Below are positions 52,438 to 61,553 of a DNA stretch of 64,000 nucleotides, in pieces. A model generated the notes under the pieces. It saw nothing but the letters and a program-made list of their open reading frames with translations, made no database searches and was not told where the DNA came from. The stretch comes from Clostridia bacterium (GTDB lineage Bacteria > Bacillota > Clostridia > Oscillospirales > CAG-272), in the NCBI GenBank assembly GCA_017482355.1, contig JAFUNJ010000008.1, forward strand, positions 24,790 to 88,789, in the 5' to 3' direction. A program made the translations under genes and the position numbers. The stretch's first letter is position 1, and each line of letters begins with the position of its first letter.

Positions 52438-54134
52438 TGTTATCATCACTTCATATTGAAAATATCGCCGTCATAAAGCACGCCGATATTGATTTTGAAA
52501 GCGGTTTTCAGGTTCTGACGGGTGAAACGGGCGCAGGTAAGAGTATTCTTATCGACTGTATAAACCTTCTTCTCGGAGCTCGTCCGAGCAAGGACCTGAT
52601 CCGAAACGGTGAGACGAGGGCGACTGTATCGGGACTTTTTACCGATATTTCCGCACCGCTTTCGCGTCTGCCGTCGGAGCTTGATATAACGGCTGACGAG
52701 GACGGATGTATAATGCTCACGCGTACCTTTGACCTTGACGGTAAGGCGCAAACTAAGCTAAACGGCAGAACGATCCCTGCGTCACTTCAAAGAGAGATTA
52801 TGCCGTACCTGATCAATATTCACGGTCAGAATGACAACAGAATACTTATGTCGCTTTCGGCTCAGCTTTCGTATCTTGACGGATATGCGGAAAACGACGA
52901 GCTGCTGAATGAATATTCGGTAGTTTACGAGCAACTCGAAAGTTGCCGTAAGAAGATGCTTTCCCTTAAGCGCGACGAAAGAGAAAAGGCGCGTATGAGC
53001 GAGCTTCTCCGATATCAGGTAAACGAGATCGACGAAGCGAAGCTCAAGCTCGGCGAGGAAGAGGAGCTTGAAAAAAGACGCGAAAAGGTAAAGAACGCAG
53101 AAAAGATACTTAAGCAGTCGCGCCTTATTACTAAAGCTCTTTACCGCGGAGAAAAAGCGCTCCCTGCCTACGAGCTTATAAAGAAATCGGTATCTGCTCT
53201 TGAAAGCATCTCGGAATACGTGCCGAACGCGGAGGAGTATATCGAAAAGCTCAATAATATGACGTACGAGCTTGAAGAGATAGGTCTTACTGTTTCTGAT
53301 ATAGCCGAGGCGGATTACGACGATCCCGAAGCTGAGCTTGACGAAATAGAAACGCGTCTTGATCTTATTTCAAAGCTTGAAAAGAAATACGGCATCGGCA
53401 TCGAGGAAATACTTGCTTTTCGCGACAAAGCAGCAAGTGAGCTTAAAGAGATCGAGCAGGCGGACGAGCTTCTTGACGAGCTTCGTGTCGAATATTCAAA
53501 GCATAAGAAAAAAGCGACCGAGCTTGCTTCGCGCCTTACGGAGAACCGTCAGAGGGCGGCGACGACACTTGAAAAGAGCGTTGTTGATGAGCTGTCGTAT
53601 CTTGAAATGCCCAAGGTGCGCTTCAAGGTGGAGATAAAGCCGTCGCTTGACGAAAACGGCAAAACGAAGCTGATAAAGCAGGGTTCCGATACGATAGAAT
53701 TCCTTTTGTCGGCAAACCCGGGTGAGCCGCTTAAGCCGCTATCGAAGATCGCGTCGGGCGGTGAGCTTTCAAGAATAATGCTCGCGCTAAAAAATATAAA
53801 CTCTTACGGAAGCGAGGGCGAGACGCTGATATTCGACGAGATCGACACGGGCGTTTCGGGTAAGACCTCGCAGAAAATCGGAATACGGCTCCGCGCTCTA
53901 TCCGAAAAGAATCAGGTAATATGCGTTACTCACTCGGCGCAGATAGCCGCCGAGGCGCATGAGCATTATCTGATAAAGAAACAGGAAATTGACGGTAGGG
54001 TAGAAACCTCCGTGACCCCTCTCACCCGAGAGGGAAGAATAAACGAGCTTGCCCGTATAATGGGCGGCGTAAACATTACAGACAAGCTTCTTCAGTCGGC
54101 GGCAGAAATGCTTGACACGGCAGGGCTGGAATAA
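52437..54134 (+). CDS. recN: DNA repair protein RecN
   Basis: LHIENIAVIK..LTGETGAGKSILID, coiled-coil middle, ASGGELSRIMLALK, LIFDEIDTGVSG. Confidence 0.95.
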   Translation: MLSSLHIENIAVIKHADIDFESGFQVLTGETGAGKSILIDCINLLLGARPSKDLIRNGETRATVSGLFTDISAPLSRLPSELDITADEDGCIMLTRTFDLDGKAQTKLNGRTIPASLQREIMPYLINIHGQNDNRILMSLSAQLSYLDGYAENDELLNEYSVVYEQLESCRKKMLSLKRDEREKARMSELLRYQVNEIDEAKLKLGEEEELEKRREKVKNAEKILKQSRLITKALYRGEKALPAYELIKKSVSALESISEYVPNAEEYIEKLNNMTYELEEIGLTVSDIAEADYDDPEAELDEIETRLDLISKLEKKYGIGIEEILAFRDKAASELKEIEQADELLDELRVEYSKHKKKATELASRLTENRQRAATTLEKSVVDELSYLEMPKVRFKVEIKPSLDENGKTKLIKQGSDTIEFLLSANPGEPLKPLSKIASGGELSRIMLALKNINSYGSEGETLIFDEIDTGVSGKTSQKIGIRLRALSEKNQVICVTHSAQIAAEAHEHYLIKKQEIDGRVETSVTPLTREGRINELARIMGGVNITDKLLQSAAEMLDTAGLE

Positions 54135-54149
54135 GAAAGGATTAAGAAA

Positions 54150-55376
54150 ATGACACTTTACGACGAACTTATCGAGCGAGGTCTTATCGCTCAGGTAACT
54201 AACGAGGATGAGATCAAAACTATGATAAACGAGGGTAAGGCGACCTTCTATATCGGATTTGACTGTACTGCTGACAGCTTGACGGCAGGTCACTTTATGG
54301 CGCTTACTCTTATGAAGCGTCTCCAGATGGCGGGCAATAAGCCGATTGCCCTTATCGGCGGCGGTACTACGATGATCGGCGACCCCTCGGGCAGAACCGA
54401 TATGAGAAAGATGCTTACCAAAGAGGATATCGACCATAATGCAGAATGCTTCAAGCGTCAGATGGAGAGATTCATTGACTTCTCCGAGGGTAAGGCGCAG
54501 ATGATAAATAACGCAGATTGGCTTCTCAAGCTTAACTACGTTGAGCTTCTCCGCGAGGTTGGCGCTTGCTTCTCGGTCAACAATATGCTTAGAGCAAAGT
54601 GCTACGAGCAGAGAATGGAAAAGGGACTTTCCTTCCTAGAGTTCAACTACATGATAATGCAGTCCTACGACTTCTACTACCTCTTCAAGGAGTACGGCTG
54701 TAATATGCAGTTCGGCGGTGACGACCAGTGGTCGAATATGCTTGGCGGTACTGAGCTTATAAGAAGAAAGCTCGGCAAGGACGCACATGCTATGACGATA
54801 ACGCTCCTTACCGACTCGCAGGGCAAGAAGATGGGTAAAACTGCAGGAAACGCAGTTTGGCTCGACGCTAAGAAGACCAGTCCCTACGACTTCTTCCAGT
54901 ACTGGCGTAACGTCGCCGATTCCGACGTTCTCAAGTGCATCAGAATGCTTACCTTCCTCCCGATCGAAGAGATCAACGAGATGGACAAGTGGGAGGGCGC
55001 ACAGCTTAATAAGGCAAAGGAGATCCTTGGCTACGAGCTTACCAAGATGGTTCACGGCGAGGAGGAAGCAAACAAGGCACTTGAAGCATCGAGAGCCGTG
55101 TTTGCAAACGGCGGTGTTTCTGCCGATATGCCTACGACCGAGCTTACCACTGACAATTTTGTTGACGGCTCCATTCTCGTTTCCGATCTTCTCGTTCTCG
55201 GTGGTCTTGCACCCTCAAAGGGCGAAGCAAAGCGTCTTATTCAGCAGGGCGGTATTCTCGTAAACGACGAAAAGGTAGTACAGTTCAACGCAAGCGTAGC
55301 GCTTGATGCCTTCGGTGACGGACTTATTGTTAAGAAGGGCAAAAAGGTATTCCACCGCTTTACAGTTAAGAACTGA
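54150..55376 (+). CDS. tyrS: Tyrosine--tRNA ligase
   Basis: YIGFDCTADSLTAGH (HIGH-type), GGDDQW, KMGKT (KMSKS-type), C-terminal S4 domain. It starts only 15 nt after recN. Confidence 0.95.
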   Translation: MTLYDELIERGLIAQVTNEDEIKTMINEGKATFYIGFDCTADSLTAGHFMALTLMKRLQMAGNKPIALIGGGTTMIGDPSGRTDMRKMLTKEDIDHNAECFKRQMERFIDFSEGKAQMINNADWLLKLNYVELLREVGACFSVNNMLRAKCYEQRMEKGLSFLEFNYMIMQSYDFYYLFKEYGCNMQFGGDDQWSNMLGGTELIRRKLGKDAHAMTITLLTDSQGKKMGKTAGNAVWLDAKKTSPYDFFQYWRNVADSDVLKCIRMLTFLPIEEINEMDKWEGAQLNKAKEILGYELTKMVHGEEEANKALEASRAVFANGGVSADMPTTELTTDNFVDGSILVSDLLVLGGLAPSKGEAKRLIQQGGILVNDEKVVQFNASVALDAFGDGLIVKKGKKVFHRFTVKN

Positions 55377-55431
55377 TAACACATTACTGCATATTTCATA
55401 TAATATGTAAAAAACGAAAGGAGCAGATAAT

Positions 55432-56367
55432 ATGCTCTCAAACTCAAGTATTCTTGAGCAATATATCGAAGAAGCCGAAAGAGAGGGACATTTGACGTTC
55501 AGACGCGATTTTCCTCTCTCGTCGCTCTCGTCGTTCCGCATAGGCGGTAACGCGTCTTACGTGATATATCCGTCGACGCCCGACGAGCTTGCGTCGCTTT
55601 CGGCACTTTGCCACAGTATAAGTATCCCGAATATCGTTATCGGTAACGGCTCAAATCTCCTTTTTTCCGACAGCGGATACGAGGGTGCCGTTATCGTTAC
55701 GACGCAGATAAAGGACATAAAGATCGACGGAAATACCGTCAAGGTCGGCTGCGGAGCTTCGCTTACTCATCTTGCCTCAGTAGTTGCCGAAGCGTCGCTT
55801 ACGGGTCTTGAATTCGCATACGGTATTCCCGGCACTGTCGGCGGTGCGGTATATATGAACGCAGGCGCATACGGCGGCGAGATCAAGGACGTTTGCGTTT
55901 CGGTCAAGGCTTATGACGGCGTAAACGACGAGATATACGACGTTAAGGCGGAGGACTGCGGCTTCGGTTACCGTGAAAGCGTTTTCCAGGATAGTGATAA
56001 GATCATTCTCGGAGCAAAGCTTGTTTTAAGTGAAGGCGTGAATGCCGATATTACCGAGAAGATGAATCAGCTCATGCAACAGCGCATTGACAAGCAGCCG
56101 CTTAACTATCCCTCTGCAGGCAGTACCTTCAAGCGTTACCCGGGATATTTCTCTGGCAAGCTTATAGAGGAAGCAGGTCTTAAGGGCTATACGGTCGGCG
56201 GCGCGCAGGTGTCGGAAAAGCACGCGGGATTTATAATCAACGTAGGTAACGCAACCGCGTCGGACGTTCTGTCGCTCATTGACCATATTCGCGAAGTAAT
56301 TAAGGAAAACGTCGGAATCGAGCTTCAAACCGAAGTAAAATATATAGAAAATCCGGCAGATCAATAA
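55432..56367 (+). CDS. murB: UDP-N-acetylenolpyruvoylglucosamine reductase
   Basis: [57 protein letters not shown]. Confidence 0.9.
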   Translation: MLSNSSILEQYIEEAEREGHLTFRRDFPLSSLSSFRIGGNASYVIYPSTPDELASLSALCHSISIPNIVIGNGSNLLFSDSGYEGAVIVTTQIKDIKIDGNTVKVGCGASLTHLASVVAEASLTGLEFAYGIPGTVGGAVYMNAGAYGGEIKDVCVSVKAYDGVNDEIYDVKAEDCGFGYRESVFQDSDKIILGAKLVLSEGVNADITEKMNQLMQQRIDKQPLNYPSAGSTFKRYPGYFSGKLIEEAGLKGYTVGGAQVSEKHAGFIINVGNATASDVLSLIDHIREVIKENVGIELQTEVKYIENPADQ

Positions 56368-56368
56368 A

Positions 56369-57244
56369 ATGTACGAGTCATTTTCACAAGACGTAAAAAA
56401 TGAAATAGCATCCTCGCACATAAAGAATAAGTGCTGTAAAAAGGCGTTTTTGCGCGGAATGATATTCGGCACGAACGCCCCCGACGAAGGTGCGCTTTAT
56501 CTTGAAAGCGAAAATCCGTCGGTCGTAATGCACTACGCAAAGCTTATTAAGGAAATAACGGGGCGTCGCAAGGAAAGCGATATTTCGTTTACCGCAATAA
56601 CGGACTCTGACCGCTTAAGTGAGCTTTGTGAGCTGCTTGAGATTTCCTCCGTCGTTGATACCCAAGCAGAGATAAACGGCTGTGAGGAATGCGTAAGAGC
56701 GTTTGTTAAGGGCGCGTTTCTTACCTGCGGAACGGTTACCTATCCCGAGAATTCATATCACATGGAGTTTCTTGTCCGAGGCAACGAGAGGGCGGAAATG
56801 CTCATATCGCTTCTTGATGGGATCGGTACTAATCCGAAGCTCATTGAACGCAGAAGCGGCTTTTACGGCGTATATTTCAAGGATAGCGAAAACGTGCTTG
56901 ATATGTTTGGCATCTTGGGGGCAAATAAAGCGACCTTCAAAATGCTCGACGTTAAAATGTATAAGGATTTCAGAAACAGTATAAACCGTCTCCATAACTG
57001 CGAGATGGCAAATATGGGCAAGACGGCGGCGGCATTTGAAGCGCAAATGCGAGCGATCGAAAAGATCGTTGCCGCAGGTAAGCTGGACGAGCTTCCCGAC
57101 GAATTAAAGATAACTCTTGATCTTCGTGCCGCGTTCCCGAGCGCTACCTTAAAGGAGTTAGCGGAAATGCATACACCGCCGATAACAAAATCGGGCGTAA
57201 ACCACAGATTGCAGAAATTACAGCAATTTGCTGAAAAATTATAA
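56369..57244 (+). CDS. whiA: DNA-binding protein WhiA
   Basis: SFSQDVKNEI..CCKKAFLRGM, LAGLIDADG-like middle (AFVKGAFLTCG), C-terminal HTH SATLKELAE..PITKSGVNHRLQKL. Confidence 0.9.
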   Translation: MYESFSQDVKNEIASSHIKNKCCKKAFLRGMIFGTNAPDEGALYLESENPSVVMHYAKLIKEITGRRKESDISFTAITDSDRLSELCELLEISSVVDTQAEINGCEECVRAFVKGAFLTCGTVTYPENSYHMEFLVRGNERAEMLISLLDGIGTNPKLIERRSGFYGVYFKDSENVLDMFGILGANKATFKMLDVKMYKDFRNSINRLHNCEMANMGKTAAAFEAQMRAIEKIVAAGKLDELPDELKITLDLRAAFPSATLKELAEMHTPPITKSGVNHRLQKLQQFAEKL

Positions 57245-57254
57245 GGAGACCGTT

Positions 57255-57983
57255 ATGAAATACACCTACGGAATTCAGCTATACAGTGTTCGCGATATTA
57301 CAGAGAAGAATCTCCCCGAAGCGCTTGAAAAGATTGCCGCTCTCGGCTATAAGGAGGTCGAGTTTGCGGGCTTCTTTGGTCACACCGCAGAAGAAGTAAA
57401 GGAAATGCTCGATAAAAACGGTCTTACCGTTTCGGGTACTCATTCGGGTTGGGACGAGCTTACCCCCGATATGATCGAGGAAACCGTAAAGTATCACAAG
57501 ACGATAGGTAATCATAACTTTATCGTCCCGGGCGCTGACCTTACTACACTTGAGAAAATCGAAAAATTCTGCGAGGTCATGAACTTCGCTCAGCCGATAC
57601 TGAATAAAGAGGGAATTACGCTTTCCTATCATAATCATTCACACGAATTTGAAGTTCGTTCATGGGGCTCAACGATCCATTCCGAGCTGGAAATGAGAAC
57701 GAACGTCGATTTTGAGATCGACACCTATTGGGCGTTCAATGCAGGATGTGATCCGATTGAGGTCATGGACCGCCTGAAGGATAGGATCAAGGTCATACAC
57801 CTTAAGGACGGACTCAAGGGCGGAATCGGTAGGACTCTCGGCAAAGGCGAGGCACCCATCAAAGAGATCCGCGATTATGCCTATGAGCACGGCTTCGGCA
57901 TCGTGGTCGAGAGCGAAACGCTCACTCCTGACGGAATTACCGAGGCAAAGGAATGTATCGAATTCCTTAAAACGATAGACTGA
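57255..57983 (+). CDS. Sugar phosphate isomerase/epimerase (xylose isomerase-like TIM barrel)
   Basis: ATG 57255 follows AAGGAGA. GYKEVEFAG, YHNHSHEF, IDTYW, HLKD. Confidence 0.8.
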   Translation: MKYTYGIQLYSVRDITEKNLPEALEKIAALGYKEVEFAGFFGHTAEEVKEMLDKNGLTVSGTHSGWDELTPDMIEETVKYHKTIGNHNFIVPGADLTTLEKIEKFCEVMNFAQPILNKEGITLSYHNHSHEFEVRSWGSTIHSELEMRTNVDFEIDTYWAFNAGCDPIEVMDRLKDRIKVIHLKDGLKGGIGRTLGKGEAPIKEIRDYAYEHGFGIVVESETLTPDGITEAKECIEFLKTID

Positions 57984-58018
57984 TAATTTTGAAAATTAAC
58001 TGAAAGGAGGATAAGGCG

Positions 58019-61000
58019 ATGTCCGATTTCGTGCATCTGCATCTGCATACCGAATACAGCTTGCTTGACGGTGCTTGCCGCTTAAATGAGATACCGAAGC
58101 GAGCAAAAGAGCTGGGGCAAAGTGCGGTTGCGATAACCGATCACGGCGTGATGTACGGAGTCGTCGGATTTTATAACGCTTGTAAGGACGCAGGCATCAA
58201 GCCGATCATCGGCTGTGAGGTCTACGTTGCGTCGAAATCGCGCTTCGATAAAACGGGAAGCGGCGAAAACGAGCCGAATCACCTTGTTCTTCTTGTTAAA
58301 AATGAAGTCGGATATAAAAATCTGACATATATGGTCTCCTGCGCTCATACGGAGGGCTTTTACCGTAAGCCGAGGGTCGATCTTGAGCTGCTCTCCGAGC
58401 ACGCAGAAGGACTTGTGTGCCTCTCCGCATGCCTTAGCGGTATGATCCCTCGCCTTGTTATGGCAGGTAACGTAAGCGAGGCAGAGGAATACGCAAAGAA
58501 GCTTGACGGCATCTTCGGCAGAGGTAACTTCTACCTTGAGCTTCAGGACGAGGGCATCGAGGGGCAGATGATGGTCAACGAGTGCATCGCGGGTATTTCC
58601 GAGCGTACGGGAATACCGCTCGTGGCTACTAACGACGTTCATTATCTGCGCAAGGAAGACGCATTTACCCAGTCGGTAATGATGTGTATTCAGACGAATA
58701 ACGTTATTTCCGACGGCAGACCCATCGGCTTTGAGACCGATGAGTTCTACATGAAAAGCGGAGACGAAATGACGAAGCTTCTCGGCAGATACGACGGTGC
58801 TATCGAAAACACCGCTAAGATCGCTGAAATGTGTAATTACGATTTCGTTTTCGGAAAAACGTTTCTGCCGCGCTTTGATCCCCCAGACGGTATGAACGCG
58901 AAGGATTACCTGCGTCAGCTCGCCTACGAGGGACTTGAGCGCCGTGAAAAGGACGGCAGCATAGTTTACGACGAAGTCCTAAAGCGCGAGGATTATAAGC
59001 TTCGTATTGACTATGAGCACGTTGTAGTTACCTCGATGGGCTACGCGTCTTATTATCTTATAGTTTCCGATTTCGTAAACTACGCAAAATCCAAAATGAT
59101 ACCTACGGGTCCCGGACGTGGCTCGGGCGCAGGAAGCTTAATAGCTTATCTGCTCGGAATAACCGAGGTCGATCCCGTAAGATACGGACTGCTTTTTGAG
59201 TCGTTTTTGAACCCTCAAAGGGTCAGTATGCCCGATTTTGATATAGACTTCTGTTACCGCCGACGCGACGAGGTCATTGATTACGTGGCTCGCCGATACG
59301 GTGCTGACCACGTCTCACAGATCGTGACCTTCGGTACGCTCGCCGCAAAAGCGGCGCTCCGAGACGTCGGACGAGCACTTGGCATGGCATATTCTAAGGT
59401 CGACAGCGTCGTGCGAGCACTTCCCGAGCATAAGGGCGGCGTGTCGCTCACGGAAGCGGTAAACGATAAATCGTTCCGTGCTCTTTGCGACAGCGACGAC
59501 GAGATAAGAGAGCTTGTGCGTATTGCGACGGCACTTGAGGGTATGCCGAGAAATTCATCAACTCACGCGGCAGGCGTCGTAATTACCGACAAGCCGGTTC
59601 ACGAGTACGTTCCGCTATCGGTAAACGGCGATACCGTCGTTACGCAGTTTGATATGGATACCGTGGCGAAGCTTGGACTTCTTAAGTTCGACTTCCTTGC
59701 GCTCCGTTATCTTACCGTTATCGACGATACAGAAAAGCTCGTCAGAGTAGAGAAGGATTCCTTCCACGTTTCTGAAATTCCGTTTGACGACGAGCAGACC
59801 TACGAGCTTATATCGTCTGGTAGAACGGACGGACTTTTCCAGCTCGAAAGCGAGGGAATGCGTCAGCTTCTTATGCAGATGAAGCCGAGAAGCATAACCG
59901 ATATAATGGTCGCTATTGCCCTTTACAGACCCGGACCGATGGACGCAATACCGAGATTTCTTGAAAACCGTGCCGACAGAAGCAAGATAAAGTATAAGAT
60001 TCCTTGTCTCTCCGAAATACTAGACGAGACCTGCGGCTGTATCGTTTATCAGGAGCAGGTAATGCAGATATTCCGTTCTGTTGCCGGATACAGCTACGGC
60101 AAGGCAGATATAGTCCGCCGAGCGATCGCAAAGAAAAAGCCGGGCGTTATTGAAAAGGAGCTTGATAATTTTATCAAGGGCGCGCTTGAACAGGGCTATT
60201 CCGAAGCCGATGCTCGAGAGCTTTACGGTCAGATGACCGATTTCGCAAACTACGGCTTCAAAAAAAGCCATGCAGCAGCTTACGCCTTCATCTCATATCA
60301 GAGCGCATATCTGAAAACACATTACGCGCCGATGTATTACGCCTCGCTGATTTCGTCAGTATTTGGTAATCAGGCGAAGATGGGCGAATATATATCGGAA
60401 TGCGCTAAAATGGGTATAAAGACGCTTCCGCCCGATATTAATGAAAGCGGAACGGGATTTTCGGTAAGCGGCGGTAATATCCGTTACGGACTGCCGGCTA
60501 TCAAAAACGTCGGTGCGCAGTTCATTCAGCGAGTCGTTGACGAGAGGCGCCTTAGACCCTTTAAGTCCTTTTACGACTTTGCTTCCCGTATGCAGGGAAG
60601 TGACCTTAACAAGCGTCAGATAGAGTCGCTTATCAAGGCGGGAGCTTTTGATAGCTTGGGCGTATACAGAAGCCAACTCCTTTCGGCTTATTCCGAGATA
60701 ATCGAATCCCTTAACCGCAAGGCACATGGAAGCGTTGCGGGGCAGATGGACATGTTCTCGTCCGATACAGTTGAGGTAAGATACCCCGATATCCCCGAGT
60801 TTACGCTTCGTGAGAAACTTCGCTTCGAAAAGGAAAGCGCGGGAATGTATTTCTCGGGACATATTCTCGATGATTACGGAAAGAACATCTCCGATATACC
60901 ACACGCAGATATCCGCGCCGTTCTTGATCACGAATATAAAGAAAAGCAAACTGTTACTATCGTCGGCGCAATCACCTCGGTTACTAAAAAGGTAACGAAA

Positions 61001-61465
61001 AACGGCGATCTTATGCTATTCATATCTCTTGAAGACAGAAACGGCGAGATCGAGGTCCTTGTTTTCCCGAAAACAGTTACAGAATTCGGACAGTTTCTTT
61101 CGCTTGATAGCGCTATCGCGCTTGAAGGCGAGGTCTCTTATAAGGATGACGAGGCAAAGCTCCTCATGAGACGCGCAAAACCCCTTATAAGCGACGATAA
61201 GTATGTTTCGATACAAAGGGAAGAAACGATCAAAAAAACCGAGGAAAAGCCGAAAAAGCTTTATATAAAGGTCGACAGTATGTCGTCTCCCTCATTCAAG
61301 AGGGCAATTGCAGTCTGTGAGATCTTTGAGGGAAAAACGCCTGTCGTCGTATACGAAAGTGAGAGCAAACGCTACGTTTCCTCCTCGATAATGACAGACG
61401 TGACAGATTTCGTTGTTAACGAATTGATAGAAATTCTCGGCAACGCAAGCGTCGTCATAAAATAG
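58019..61465 (+). CDS. dnaE: DNA polymerase III alpha subunit (DnaE type)
   Basis: PHP N-terminus FVHLHLHTEYSLLDG..ITDHG, GPGRGSGAGSLIAYLLGIT, MPDFDIDF, HAAGVVI. OB-fold C-terminus. 1148 aa. Confidence 0.95.
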   Translation: MSDFVHLHLHTEYSLLDGACRLNEIPKRAKELGQSAVAITDHGVMYGVVGFYNACKDAGIKPIIGCEVYVASKSRFDKTGSGENEPNHLVLLVKNEVGYKNLTYMVSCAHTEGFYRKPRVDLELLSEHAEGLVCLSACLSGMIPRLVMAGNVSEAEEYAKKLDGIFGRGNFYLELQDEGIEGQMMVNECIAGISERTGIPLVATNDVHYLRKEDAFTQSVMMCIQTNNVISDGRPIGFETDEFYMKSGDEMTKLLGRYDGAIENTAKIAEMCNYDFVFGKTFLPRFDPPDGMNAKDYLRQLAYEGLERREKDGSIVYDEVLKREDYKLRIDYEHVVVTSMGYASYYLIVSDFVNYAKSKMIPTGPGRGSGAGSLIAYLLGITEVDPVRYGLLFESFLNPQRVSMPDFDIDFCYRRRDEVIDYVARRYGADHVSQIVTFGTLAAKAALRDVGRALGMAYSKVDSVVRALPEHKGGVSLTEAVNDKSFRALCDSDDEIRELVRIATALEGMPRNSSTHAAGVVITDKPVHEYVPLSVNGDTVVTQFDMDTVAKLGLLKFDFLALRYLTVIDDTEKLVRVEKDSFHVSEIPFDDEQTYELISSGRTDGLFQLESEGMRQLLMQMKPRSITDIMVAIALYRPGPMDAIPRFLENRADRSKIKYKIPCLSEILDETCGCIVYQEQVMQIFRSVAGYSYGKADIVRRAIAKKKPGVIEKELDNFIKGALEQGYSEADARELYGQMTDFANYGFKKSHAAAYAFISYQSAYLKTHYAPMYYASLISSVFGNQAKMGEYISECAKMGIKTLPPDINESGTGFSVSGGNIRYGLPAIKNVGAQFIQRVVDERRLRPFKSFYDFASRMQGSDLNKRQIESLIKAGAFDSLGVYRSQLLSAYSEIIESLNRKAHGSVAGQMDMFSSDTVEVRYPDIPEFTLREKLRFEKESAGMYFSGHILDDYGKNISDIPHADIRAVLDHEYKEKQTVTIVGAITSVTKKVTKNGDLMLFISLEDRNGEIEVLVFPKTVTEFGQFLSLDSAIALEGEVSYKDDEAKLLMRRAKPLISDDKYVSIQREETIKKTEEKPKKLYIKVDSMSSPSFKRAIAVCEIFEGKTPVVVYESESKRYVSSSIMTDVTDFVVNELIEILGNASVVIK

Positions 61466-61553
61466 CGTTATGAAATTTTCTATAATTCACACTATGTTCA
61501 AATGTTGGGTTTAATATAAAAGTAGTAGTTTTGAAAGGAACAAGCTTCATACT

